Virus record (IMG/VR): IMGVR_UViG_3300045988_174992
Strand: one strand, 5' to 3'
Source of the DNA: a virus
Length of the DNA stretch: 64,000 nt
The translations under genes and the position numbers were made by a program. Under the pieces are notes generated by a model. The model had not been told where the DNA came from and ran no database searches. It saw only the letters and a list, made by a program, of their open reading frames with translations. Shown here one piece after another: positions 47,388 to 56,282 of this stretch (positions are counted from its first letter, which is position 1; the number at the start of each line of letters is the position of its first letter).

Positions 47388-47393
47388 AGCATC

Positions 47394-47732
47394 TTACTTA
47401 ACTGTAATAGCAATATGATAATTGCCATTCTTTATTGTAGTGGAAAACATATAAGCGTATTTTACTGGTTTATTGAGAATATGAATAGGAATCTTCTTCA
47501 ATTCAGTATCAGAAATAATACCTCCTACATACTTTACTTCTACAATAGGTTCATCATACAACTCTTTAGCATTATATATCTGAACAGTACCTACACTATG
47601 GCATTTTCCATTCTGTTCTAACTCTTGAATATCATTCAACATTGACTGCAATGATGTACCAGAATCAAAATCTATAGAATAAAGGGCAACCATGGTCTCT
47701 TCATCTAATTGCTGAAAATTTAAGCTAATCAT
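47394..47732 (-). CDS. hypothetical protein (112 aa)
   Basis: ORF only. Confidence 0.55.
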   Translation of the reverse strand: MISLNFQQLDEETMVALYSIDFDSGTSLQSMLNDIQELEQNGKCHSVGTVQIYNAKELYDEPIVEVKYVGGIISDTELKKIPIHILNKPVKYAYMFSTTIKNGNYHIAITVK

Positions 47733-47738
47733 AATAAT

Positions 47739-47972
47739 TTACAATCTAGAACCATAAACAAAACCTACTACTCTCATCTTATCACCAAACTTATCTTTAA
47801 TTGATACATTTGAATAACCTTTCTCTTCAACATCATCAACAATGACAACTTGATTTTGCGATACTCCAGTCATATCACAAACATATTCATTGACTTCATC
47901 AAGTGAATCAAAATTTATTGTTTGTCTAGTTGAATCAACATAAAGTGTATATGAATTAAATTTACTCTTCAT
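47739..47972 (-). CDS. hypothetical protein (77 aa)
   Basis: ORF only. Confidence 0.5.
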   Translation of the reverse strand: MKSKFNSYTLYVDSTRQTINFDSLDEVNEYVCDMTGVSQNQVVIVDDVEEKGYSNVSIKDKFGDKMRVVGFVYGSRL

Positions 47973-48549
47973 TTCTCAATTTTGTTAGAATTTTTTCTAA
48001 TGTATATAAATCTGAATTTTCAATATTAACAGTAAATAAAGTATCTGTATTCAACATCAAACTCAATTCAGCAATATCTTTCTTCAGTTGCTTTTCTTTT
48101 CTGACTTTCTCTTTATATTCATCAAGAGCTTTAACAATACGCTTGTAATACTCGTCATTACTTTCATACTTCTTTTTAATGATATTTACATTAACATCAT
48201 AAGAAGTATTGCAGTTATATGCTTTGTATTCGTGTTCATCAAACTTTACTTCTGCATCTGAACCATACTTTTCTATTGCTTCATCTATAATAGATTTCAA
48301 ATCACCTAAAGTAGTATGCCCAAACGTAGAATCTGATGTTTTGAATCTCTCATCTGGAGTTCCAAATACTTCACCTTTACAATTTCTATCGTCACAATCC
48401 CAAGAATATTCATCTTTTTCTCTTGAATACTCTATCATTGGTACATTTACTGGCCAATATCCTCTATCTGGAACAACAAACCCTGGATATTCTCGTACAA
48501 TATCCTTTACAAGATCATCCAGGGTTTTTGCATTCATTTCTTTTTCCAT
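47962..48549 (-). CDS. hypothetical protein (195 aa)
   Basis: ORF only. Confidence 0.55.
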   Translation of the reverse strand: MEKEMNAKTLDDLVKDIVREYPGFVVPDRGYWPVNVPMIEYSREKDEYSWDCDDRNCKGEVFGTPDERFKTSDSTFGHTTLGDLKSIIDEAIEKYGSDAEVKFDEHEYKAYNCNTSYDVNVNIIKKKYESNDEYYKRIVKALDEYKEKVRKEKQLKKDIAELSLMLNTDTLFTVNIENSDLYTLEKILTKLRNEE

Positions 48550-48561
48550 GAATATTTTATA

Positions 48562-48948
48562 TTAAAGAGTTTCTACAGGATCAGAAGTATTGAATGTGAA
48601 ATTGTCGCTAATAAACTGACTATAATCAGACTTATTGATTTTGTAATACTGTGGTGTTGTAGTATGTACATAATACTCATCATCTTTATCAGTTGGCTGA
48701 ATACCAATTACATAGTCATTCTTTACTACCAAGCCACTAACAAATGTATAGAACTCTGAACTAGAAAGACACTTCTTAAGGTATTCATAATCATTTTTAT
48801 TGATTTTGTAATACTGAGATGTTACTGTATGTACATAAAACTCATCCTTATCAAATGTGTTAGGCTGAATTCCTACAATATTTGAAAACTTAATAATCAA
48901 ACCATTTGAAAGTACTGCAAACTGTGAATTACTTGACTGTGTCATCAT
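48562..48948 (-). CDS. hypothetical protein with internally duplicated ~55-aa domain
   Basis: Two copies of GL(I/V)...V(I)GIQP...(E/D)(F/Y)YVHT.T.QYYKINK.DY; a third copy is ORF 53965-54180. Confidence 0.55.
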   Translation of the reverse strand: MMTQSSNSQFAVLSNGLIIKFSNIVGIQPNTFDKDEFYVHTVTSQYYKINKNDYEYLKKCLSSSEFYTFVSGLVVKNDYVIGIQPTDKDDEYYVHTTTPQYYKINKSDYSQFISDNFTFNTSDPVETL

Positions 48949-48993
48949 ATTATTTATAATTTAATTTTATATTTGTATTTATATTTTAATTTT

Positions 48994-49383
48994 TTAATCA
49001 AACAAACTTACTAGATAATCTTCAAGTTCACCATCGATATCTAAGCGACCACCTTGCCATGCTTTATCAACATCCATGCTGAACCATCCACCATCTACTG
49101 TTCTAGCAAACCAGATTAGATTCTTATCATAATCTTTGATATCACAAGCAATGATATAATCAGTTGTCTTATTCCAAATCCAATCATAAGCTTTAGATTC
49201 ACGTTCAAAAGCCTTCTTAACTTTATCAGGTGCATCATCATATACCATTACTTGCTTTACTGTTGCTTGATACATTCTGTTATATGAAATCTTACCATCA
49301 TCAAAGAACATGCAAGTCTGATTTACCTTTGGAATAGGCTTTTCATCAAATTTCATCTGCTTGCTATTAATTGTCTTACCCAT
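48994..49383 (-). CDS. hypothetical protein (129 aa)
   Basis: ORF only. Confidence 0.55.
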   Translation of the reverse strand: MGKTINSKQMKFDEKPIPKVNQTCMFFDDGKISYNRMYQATVKQVMVYDDAPDKVKKAFERESKAYDWIWNKTTDYIIACDIKDYDKNLIWFARTVDGGWFSMDVDKAWQGGRLDIDGELEDYLVSLFD

Positions 49384-49402
49384 ATCTTATAATCATTTTA
49401 AA

Positions 49403-49756
49403 TTAATATACTTCTTCACAATCCAAATCTTCAAGATATGCATTATCTGTATCATAGTTGAAGAACTCATTTACACCGTCATCGTAAACATCAATGATAC
49501 GTTCTACATCATCAAAGTCAAATATAGGAGTACCTTCAACACCAAAGATTGATACTTCTTTGTTACCAAGAATCTTATATTCACCATTCTCATCTTTCTT
49601 TGAAAATGCAAGATTAATAGTAAGAGTATCATCATCCATAGTGAAAACAGTTGAAGTATCATCAAACTTGCAATTGAAAAGATAAGTATCTCCATTCAAA
49701 AGATTTACAACTGCTTTATCGAAAGAAATTTTATTTGTATTCATAATCATAATCAT
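49403..49756 (-). CDS. hypothetical acidic protein (117 aa), MIM-start family
   Basis: Starts ATGATTATGATTATG after promoter 49775-49803; paralogue of 54220-54576. Confidence 0.55.
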   Translation of the reverse strand: MIMIMNTNKISFDKAVVNLLNGDTYLFNCKFDDTSTVFTMDDDTLTINLAFSKKDENGEYKILGNKEVSIFGVEGTPIFDFDDVERIIDVYDDGVNEFFNYDTDNAYLEDLDCEEVY

Positions 49757-49774
49757 TAATGTTTTAACAATTAT

Positions 49775-49803
49775 AATATAGAAATTACAAATAAAATTTC
49801 AAA
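49775..49803 (-). promoter_or_regulatory. phage consensus promoter
   Basis: AATATAGAAATTACAAATAAAATTTCAAA. Confidence 0.6.
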
Positions 49804-49812
49804 CTTTTTATA

Positions 49813-50799
49813 CTATTTATTTCGTCTCCAATGGCAATCTTTCAGATAGTCAAAACATGACTGACCACCATCGTCTTTATCTTTATTGTATTCTGCTAAT
49901 GTATCTACAATCTTTTCAATAGACTTGTCATTTACAGTATCAGGTACTTCATATCCAAGGAGCCAATCTACTTCTTTCATGATATTGTACCATTCATCGT
50001 CTGTTTGATATATAGGAGTAACAGACTTTGTTGCTGTATATGGAAACTTGTCAAAACAAGCATAAACAAGACCTACCATCAACTTTGCAACATCAAGCTC
50101 CTTGTCTGTCAAAACGTTAAATACTGGACTAAAAGACATTCTATATACAAACTTGCTTGCAAGTTTCATGTATGTTTTAGTTCTGTTATCTGCCTTCTTC
50201 TTCTGAGAATGTTCAATCTCATCCTTCAATCCATCAATATACTTGTCAATAGAATATTCAGACATCATGAATGTATAGTAGTCCTTTGAAATCTTTGGCA
50301 TCTTAGGTCCACAAACCTTAATCTTAAGCTTATCAAGCAAATCCATATTGCTATCCATATCTTCAAAGTAATACTGGATAGGACAATACTTTCTTCCACC
50401 GACCTTGATTACATTATTGAAGAATCTTGGCTTTGGAATCAAGTCATACATCATATTAGGATCTGATGTATCATTCACAATATACTTACATCCATTCTTC
50501 TTCAATGAATAGATAATAGTAATATGATATTCTCTTGCAATCTTTGCAGCACACTCCCAGAAATAATGTACAGGGTTGAAGTAACTATCTTCATTAATAG
50601 GCTTGCAAATAAGACATCTTACTTTACTGATATCTGAATATTTATCATCTAACCATTCGTTCAACATCTTGTTTGTATGCTTTTCAGCTAATACATTCAT
50701 GCTATCCATGTACTCACCACAAGTTCCATGTTCCATATCTTTGTAGATGAAGATATCAATATCAAACACACTCGCACACTTTCTAAGTTCTTCAGTCAT
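49813..50799 (-). CDS. hypothetical protein (328 aa)
   Basis: ORF only. Confidence 0.6.
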   Translation of the reverse strand: MTEELRKCASVFDIDIFIYKDMEHGTCGEYMDSMNVLAEKHTNKMLNEWLDDKYSDISKVRCLICKPINEDSYFNPVHYFWECAAKIAREYHITIIYSLKKNGCKYIVNDTSDPNMMYDLIPKPRFFNNVIKVGGRKYCPIQYYFEDMDSNMDLLDKLKIKVCGPKMPKISKDYYTFMMSEYSIDKYIDGLKDEIEHSQKKKADNRTKTYMKLASKFVYRMSFSPVFNVLTDKELDVAKLMVGLVYACFDKFPYTATKSVTPIYQTDDEWYNIMKEVDWLLGYEVPDTVNDKSIEKIVDTLAEYNKDKDDGGQSCFDYLKDCHWRRNK

Positions 50800-50832
50800 A
50801 ATCTATCTATATTAATATTATTTTAATTCTGT

Positions 50833-51738
50833 TTACAAGTAAGAAGGTGACCAATTACATACATAATTAACCAAAGCCATGATATTTGAATATCCTACTT
50901 CTTCATTCTTACCATATACTTTATATACATGTTTCTTCATGATGCTTCCACATTCATTAAGTACATCCATCTTTCTCATTTCATTAGAGAAATTGACACA
51001 ATGCTCAATATATGTATCTAGATAATGCTCACGAATCTGGTCATCATTAAATCTTTCTTTTCTACCACCAGGTACCAGACAAGAAGTTGGTAAATCATTA
51101 TAGTAGAAATACTTTTTCTTATTGTTTTTACAAAGACCTATAATGAATCTGTATAATGAACGAACATACATCCTTACAGTATTAGAAGTTCCATTTGGAA
51201 ATTCATTTTTCTGTACTTCATCTTCAATATCTGATGCAAATGTGTAGTAGATAAGCTGTGCTTTCTCCCTATGCATCTTCTTCAGTTCTTCTGTATAATT
51301 CTTGATAGTCTCATTATATGAATTCAGATGATGGAAATTGTACAGAACTCTATTTGATGGATAATTGCAATTGCCAGGTGCATCAGGACCAAACTTATGA
51401 AGATAATTCTTCTGCAATGATTCATGATAAAGCTTTACCAACTGTGGTACACTAGATGGCTTAGCTATATATGTGATAGCTCTATATCGACAGACACAAG
51501 TGCAATTCAAACTCTTTGCAACTTTACAAACGGTTTCCCAGATAGCAATATCATACTTATCTTTGTCATGATTCTCATAAACATAGTCAAGAACAACAGT
51601 ACGAATCTTATTATATTCATACTTATTCTTATGAAGAATCAGTTCAGTAACACTTAAACCATCCTTCTTCAAATTCTTCTTTGACAAACCAATACAATGT
51701 TCATCACTCTTAAACTGGAAACCTTTTACTGTAATCAT
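50833..51738 (-). CDS. hypothetical protein (301 aa)
   Basis: ORF only. Confidence 0.6.
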   Translation of the reverse strand: MITVKGFQFKSDEHCIGLSKKNLKKDGLSVTELILHKNKYEYNKIRTVVLDYVYENHDKDKYDIAIWETVCKVAKSLNCTCVCRYRAITYIAKPSSVPQLVKLYHESLQKNYLHKFGPDAPGNCNYPSNRVLYNFHHLNSYNETIKNYTEELKKMHREKAQLIYYTFASDIEDEVQKNEFPNGTSNTVRMYVRSLYRFIIGLCKNNKKKYFYYNDLPTSCLVPGGRKERFNDDQIREHYLDTYIEHCVNFSNEMRKMDVLNECGSIMKKHVYKVYGKNEEVGYSNIMALVNYVCNWSPSYL

Positions 51739-51760
51739 AATTGAAATAAAATTTTTAAAA

Positions 51761-52105
51761 TTAAATACAACCTGAAATTAAGTTTGCTTGATCTAATCTA
51801 GTCAAGAAATCAAACTTTGAATCTGGAGAACTTGAAAATGGATAAAAATCCTTCATCAATTCACATTCACCGAACTTCAATCCATTTAAGATATCAGTAT
51901 CATTTTCAATGTTGAATTCCCATCCAGACCAAACTTCTGTTTTATTTTTGCTATTGAACAATATCTTCATTGTAACAATATTATTCTCAATCTTGATAGC
52001 AATTACAGAAAAACCAAATGGCTTCATCCAAAGTGACTTATTAGGTTCCACCTTTCGGTAACCCATTGATATTAATGCCTTATTCAAATTGTTCATCATA
52101 ATCAT
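51761..52105 (-). CDS. hypothetical protein (114 aa), MIM-start family
   Basis: Starts ATGATTATGATG after promoter 52141-52169. Confidence 0.55.
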   Translation of the reverse strand: MIMMNNLNKALISMGYRKVEPNKSLWMKPFGFSVIAIKIENNIVTMKILFNSKNKTEVWSGWEFNIENDTDILNGLKFGECELMKDFYPFSSSPDSKFDFLTRLDQANLISGCI

Positions 52106-52140
52106 AATAATTTAATATTCTACATTTATTTAACATAATT

Positions 52141-52169
52141 AATATAGAAAAGTTGAATTAAAATTCAAA
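52141..52169 (-). promoter_or_regulatory. phage consensus promoter
   Basis: AATATAGAAAAGTTGAATTAAAATTCAAA. Confidence 0.55.
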
Positions 52170-52197
52170 CTTTTATTTCCTGTTAACTTTAGTTAAC

Positions 52198-52225
52198 ATA
52201 TAGAACAATCTTCTAAAATTTCAAA
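52198..52225 (-). promoter_or_regulatory. phage consensus promoter (second of a tandem pair)
   Basis: ATATAGAACAATCTTCTAAAATTTCAAA. Confidence 0.5.
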
Positions 52226-52250
52226 CTATAATTTCTTAATTTCAATATTT

Positions 52251-52505
52251 CTAATATGTTCCTAACTTGCAAAATGAAAGAATAGAATACTTAAGAATTG
52301 TAAAAGTAGATTCATAATCAACTCGTTCTTTTCTACAGATTCTATCAGCCCACATCATAAGTACTTTCTCATCAACAACATTTTTGAATTCAATAGGATG
52401 TTCTGCTGTACTTCTTGTATCTAATACTAAAGAATCAATGTTCTCTACTATCTTATTTGTCTGTATACACCGTTTTACAACTTTATAGCTTACTAGAAAC
52501 TTCAT
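52251..52505 (-). CDS. hypothetical protein (84 aa), tandem paralogue 1
   Basis: Same length as, and alignable end-to-end with, 52518-52772 (FLVSYKV.KR...VENI..LVLDT.ST..H.IE..NVVD...ISFCKLG.Y). Confidence 0.55.
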   Translation of the reverse strand: MKFLVSYKVVKRCIQTNKIVENIDSLVLDTRSTAEHPIEFKNVVDEKVLMMWADRICRKERVDYESTFTILKYSILSFCKLGTY

Positions 52506-52517
52506 GACTTATTTGTT

Positions 52518-52772
52518 TTAATATGGTCCTAACTTACAGAATGAAATAATAGAGCAATTCAATATTGTATATTCATATCCATCAATAAATCTTTCTGTAT
52601 TGCAAATTTCAAAACTCCACTTATCTAATACATTTCTGTCAACAACATTCCCATATTCAATATGATGCTTATCAGTACTATCAGTATCTAATACTAAAGC
52701 ATTGATATTTTCTACAACAATGTCATTTATGTCATTACGTTTAGTTACCTTATAGCTTACTAGAAATTCCAT
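52518..52772 (-). CDS. hypothetical protein (84 aa), tandem paralogue 2
   Basis: See 52251-52505. Confidence 0.55.
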   Translation of the reverse strand: MEFLVSYKVTKRNDINDIVVENINALVLDTDSTDKHHIEYGNVVDRNVLDKWSFEICNTERFIDGYEYTILNCSIISFCKLGPY

Positions 52773-52776
52773 AGTC

Positions 52777-53109
52777 TCAATCTCTTTTCTTGTAACGTTT
52801 AACTACTTTATATCTCTTACCATCTCTATATAGAAGCCAATCTCTAATATCAGAAATATCTTCAAATTCAGAAATGGTACCATATTCATCTTCAAATACA
52901 ACAGTTTGCCATTTGCGACTTAACCAACCAGATGGTACAATCTCTTCAACTTGATAATAGACTTCATCCACCCATTTGAATGTACCATCATCTTGCTTCT
53001 TTCTCTTATGTTGACTTACTTCAACAATACGATACTTCAATTCAACACCTTGATTGAGTTCACCTAATTCTTCTGTTGCATCGACATCAACAATTCTCTT
53101 CTGTTCCAT
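52777..53109 (-). CDS. hypothetical protein (track ORF extends to 53178)
   Basis: Track start overlaps the upstream ORF by 92 nt; Met24 (53109) reduces the overlap. Confidence 0.5.
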   Translation of the reverse strand: MEQKRIVDVDATEELGELNQGVELKYRIVEVSQHKRKKQDDGTFKWVDEVYYQVEEIVPSGWLSRKWQTVVFEDEYGTISEFEDISDIRDWLLYRDGKRYKVVKRYKKRD

Positions 53110-53566
53110 GCTTATATAGTTTATTCCAATAGCTCTCAAGAATATCACACTGAATGTTGTGGCTGAATGTCTCATCAAAAATCAGCTTATGCTGAAAATC
53201 AATAGCGACTGCAAATGGATAATCATGAAAATACATGCTTGGCATTTCTCTATTAGGATTTGAAGAAGTCAAATCCAGAAAATCTGTTTCCATCTGTTCT
53301 GTTGACAAACTACTCTTCAATGGTACCATCTTGAATAATGTAGTATCAGAATCAACAGGAATTCCAAAAAACATAAACTTTACATTATGCCTAGAATTAG
53401 TACCAAGGTTGAAGAATGAAACACAAATTTCCCAACCTATCAAATTATCAAGCTTAGATACGTAAACTTTATGTTCGCATAACGAAGTGTTCTTGAAACC
53501 ATAATATTTCAAGCATTCTTCAATATCTTTCTTAATCTCATTTTCTACAAAAACAACATCCATCAT
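53087..53566 (-). CDS. hypothetical protein (159 aa)
   Basis: ORF only. Confidence 0.55.
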   Translation of the reverse strand: MMDVVFVENEIKKDIEECLKYYGFKNTSLCEHKVYVSKLDNLIGWEICVSFFNLGTNSRHNVKFMFFGIPVDSDTTLFKMVPLKSSLSTEQMETDFLDLTSSNPNREMPSMYFHDYPFAVAIDFQHKLIFDETFSHNIQCDILESYWNKLYKHGTEENC

Positions 53567-53581
53567 AATAATTAATTTTAT

Positions 53582-53968
53582 TTATTTTCGATTCTTTGAT
53601 TTGAACAACTGAAACAACAAGTTATGAAACCAACCATATTCCCATACATTGATATTCAATTGACTTATGAAATGTAGAGCAGAATCAAAAGCAGTACATT
53701 TATTGCAGATACTTACATCATCTCTCTTAGGACAAAGATCAGTATCTCTGTTGCAGTAAACTTCTACTTCTTTCTTATCTGGATTATATATACAATGTAA
53801 GCTTACTGTATAGTAGTCGTTTCTGTTATACTTTTCTGTAAAGAAAAACTTAATATCAGCAATACAAGTACCTAAGTAGTTACATTCTATAGCATGAATG
53901 ACATCAGAATTAGAATATCCTTTATCTAGCCATTCTTTTACTTTTCTTTCAAATTCTCTTTCACTCAT
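53582..53968 (-). CDS. hypothetical Cys-rich protein (track ORF extends to 54001)
   Basis: Met12 at 53968 gives an ATGA start/stop overlap with the upstream ORF. Confidence 0.5.
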   Translation of the reverse strand: MSEREFERKVKEWLDKGYSNSDVIHAIECNYLGTCIADIKFFFTEKYNRNDYYTVSLHCIYNPDKKEVEVYCNRDTDLCPKRDDVSICNKCTAFDSALHFISQLNINVWEYGWFHNLLFQLFKSKNRK

Positions 53969-54180
53969 ACAATCTCCTTTACATCCAATCCAAATCCACA
54001 AGTAATGAGATACTTGTAATCTTCTTTAGATACTTTATAATACTGTGATGTAATAGTATGAATGAAGAACTCATTCTCATTGTCAGGGTTTGGTTGTACT
54101 CCGATAACCTTATCCATATCAACAACCAAACCAGTTGACAAAATAACATACTTCATGTTTGCTTCGTTCTGTACTTTCAT
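53965..54180 (-). CDS. hypothetical protein (71 aa), single copy of the QYYK(I/V) domain
   Basis: GLVVDMDKVIGVQPNPDNENEFFIHTITSQYYKVSKEDYKYL matches the repeats in 48562-48948. Confidence 0.5.
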   Translation of the reverse strand: MKVQNEANMKYVILSTGLVVDMDKVIGVQPNPDNENEFFIHTITSQYYKVSKEDYKYLITCGFGLDVKEIV

Positions 54181-54219
54181 ATTCTTTCTATATTTATAAT
54201 CTATCTTTTATAAATTAAA

Positions 54220-54576
54220 TTAATATTCCAAACAGTTAGAATTCTTCCACTTGGTAATTCCAATAGGAGCAATTCCAAAATCTTCATTCAACAAATCTTC
54301 AAGCTTCTCAAGGAGGAAGTCAATATCATCCTGAATAGTATTGCCATTCATCAAATCTTCATCATACTCAATAAGATGAACTTTATTAGATACTACCTTC
54401 AAACCAGTATCTTCATCCTTAGTAGTGGTTTCGAAAATAAGGTTAACAGTACCATCTACCTCATTCATTGAGAATACTGCTTTAGTATATTCTGTAATCT
54501 TCAACTTAATACCGTTAGAATCACCAAGAAGAAGATTTTCAAAAGCGTCATTTGTGTTGTTTGTAATCATAATCAT
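54220..54576 (-). CDS. hypothetical acidic protein (118 aa), MIM-start family
   Basis: Starts ATGATTATGATT after promoter 54628-54657; paralogue of 49403-49756. Confidence 0.55.
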   Translation of the reverse strand: MIMITNNTNDAFENLLLGDSNGIKLKITEYTKAVFSMNEVDGTVNLIFETTTKDEDTGLKVVSNKVHLIEYDEDLMNGNTIQDDIDFLLEKLEDLLNEDFGIAPIGITKWKNSNCLEY

Positions 54577-54627
54577 TAAAAATTAAATTGTTCTACATTC
54601 AGTTTGTCAATATTTATTTGACATACT

Positions 54628-54657
54628 AAATATAGAACAATCTTTCAGGATTTCAAA
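54628..54657 (-). promoter_or_regulatory. phage consensus promoter
   Basis: AAATATAGAACAATCTTTCAGGATTTCAAA. Confidence 0.6.
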
Positions 54658-54671
54658 ATATATTCAAAAAT

Positions 54672-55979
54672 TTATTCAGCTGCCTTAATATTTATTCGTT
54701 CTTTTATTCTCTTCAGAATCTGAACTGTTGGTTCAATCTGCTCAATAATCTCATCCATAGGCTTGTATGCCATAGGAGACTCATCTAATGTTGACTTGTT
54801 GACAGAAGTTGAACAAACATCCTTCATTTCTTCGACAAATTCATCCATAGAAAGATTTGCCTTAGCAGCAGAACGTGACATCAATCGACCGGCACCATGA
54901 GGAGCAGTACAATTCCATTCAGCATTTCCTTTACCTACACAAATCAATACACCATCTCGCATATTGATAGGAATCACAAGTTCACGTCCATAAGCGGCAT
55001 TGACAGATCCTTTACGAATAATCATATCGTCAAAGTCAATGTAGTTATGCATTGTATTGATGACACGTGCCATAGAAGCACCTTTGACAATCTTAGTATA
55101 GATTTCTGTCATCTTATCCGAAATAAGCAAATGATTGTACTTGGCATAAGTCTGTGCAATTACCATATCAGTAAGATAGCCAATCAGATTCTTACCATTC
55201 AGATAGCCTGTTGGAACAGATGATACAAAGTCTTCCTTTGCATTCTTAATTCGCTCATTCCATTCTGACTTAGGATACATATCCTTTATCTTTTCAATAT
55301 GCTTTGCCCATTCAGAACTATCAACATGATAAGGCTTGTTTGCAACATTCATCCAGTACTTTGCTACCTTCAAACCAAAGTTGCGAGAACCACAATGTAT
55401 CATTATATATCCATTACCTTCGTCATCAGTATCATAAGACAAGAAATGATTGCCACCACCAGTAGTACCTAATGACTTCCAAAAAGTACCTTCATCCATA
55501 CCAATTCGGTTCAGCATATCGGAAATGTACTTTTCATTTACATTTACATTGTTTACAAAATTGGTTGTAGCAACAGCTCTGTCAATAGCAGTATTGCACA
55601 TCTTGTAAAACATCTTCTCATCAGCAATCTTCTTATCATAAATAGTGAATCCAGTAGGAATATCCTTCTTCCATCGATGTTCAAGCAATGCATAAGATTC
55701 CTCTGGACATGGCTTTGACATCTTGATGCAAGTTACCTGACAACCAATATCAACACCTACATGGCTTGGATTTACCATTGGATTATCCTTATCAATAGTA
55801 GAAGAGAAGCCAATTGTTATCGACTGCCCCAAGTGGATATCCGGCATTATTCGTATTTTCTGATCCTTGAATGCAGGACAGTCACAGATACTGTAAACCA
55901 TCTTCAATGCATCTTCTTCAACTGTCTTTGCAAAAATCTTGCAATCCTTATTGTACTTTCCAATTATATTGTATTCCAT
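54672..55979 (-). CDS. rtcB: RtcB-type RNA ligase (3'-phosphate/5'-OH)
   Basis: Motifs MPDIHLGQS, GGGNHFLS, APHGAGR; 435 aa. Confidence 0.85.
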   Translation of the reverse strand: MEYNIIGKYNKDCKIFAKTVEEDALKMVYSICDCPAFKDQKIRIMPDIHLGQSITIGFSSTIDKDNPMVNPSHVGVDIGCQVTCIKMSKPCPEESYALLEHRWKKDIPTGFTIYDKKIADEKMFYKMCNTAIDRAVATTNFVNNVNVNEKYISDMLNRIGMDEGTFWKSLGTTGGGNHFLSYDTDDEGNGYIMIHCGSRNFGLKVAKYWMNVANKPYHVDSSEWAKHIEKIKDMYPKSEWNERIKNAKEDFVSSVPTGYLNGKNLIGYLTDMVIAQTYAKYNHLLISDKMTEIYTKIVKGASMARVINTMHNYIDFDDMIIRKGSVNAAYGRELVIPINMRDGVLICVGKGNAEWNCTAPHGAGRLMSRSAAKANLSMDEFVEEMKDVCSTSVNKSTLDESPMAYKPMDEIIEQIEPTVQILKRIKERINIKAAE

Positions 55980-55980
55980 G

Positions 55981-56256
55981 TTAATTCAAATCTAATTTTG
56001 TGAAACCTGTAATGACAACATGCAATTCTGCTACTTTACCTTCATTTTCTTGTCCATGTGAATAGGTTCGTTCATTCAACTTCTTGGTTTCTTCATCTTC
56101 TAATACATCTGTCCAAGTATCTAATGTATTTTCAGTAACATTACCAAACATGTTACACCACATCAGTTTTGTACCTTCATAAAAACCAGAAATTCCAAAC
56201 ATCGTGGTATAGCTAACTTTATAGTTGACTAATGCTTTTCTTCTCAATAATGACAT
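55981..56256 (-). CDS. hypothetical protein (91 aa)
   Basis: ORF immediately upstream of rtcB and downstream of GC-hairpin repeat copy D. Confidence 0.5.
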   Translation of the reverse strand: MSLLRRKALVNYKVSYTTMFGISGFYEGTKLMWCNMFGNVTENTLDTWTDVLEDEETKKLNERTYSHGQENEGKVAELHVVITGFTKLDLN

Positions 56257-56282
56257 ATCTATTTACTAATTATTAATTAATT

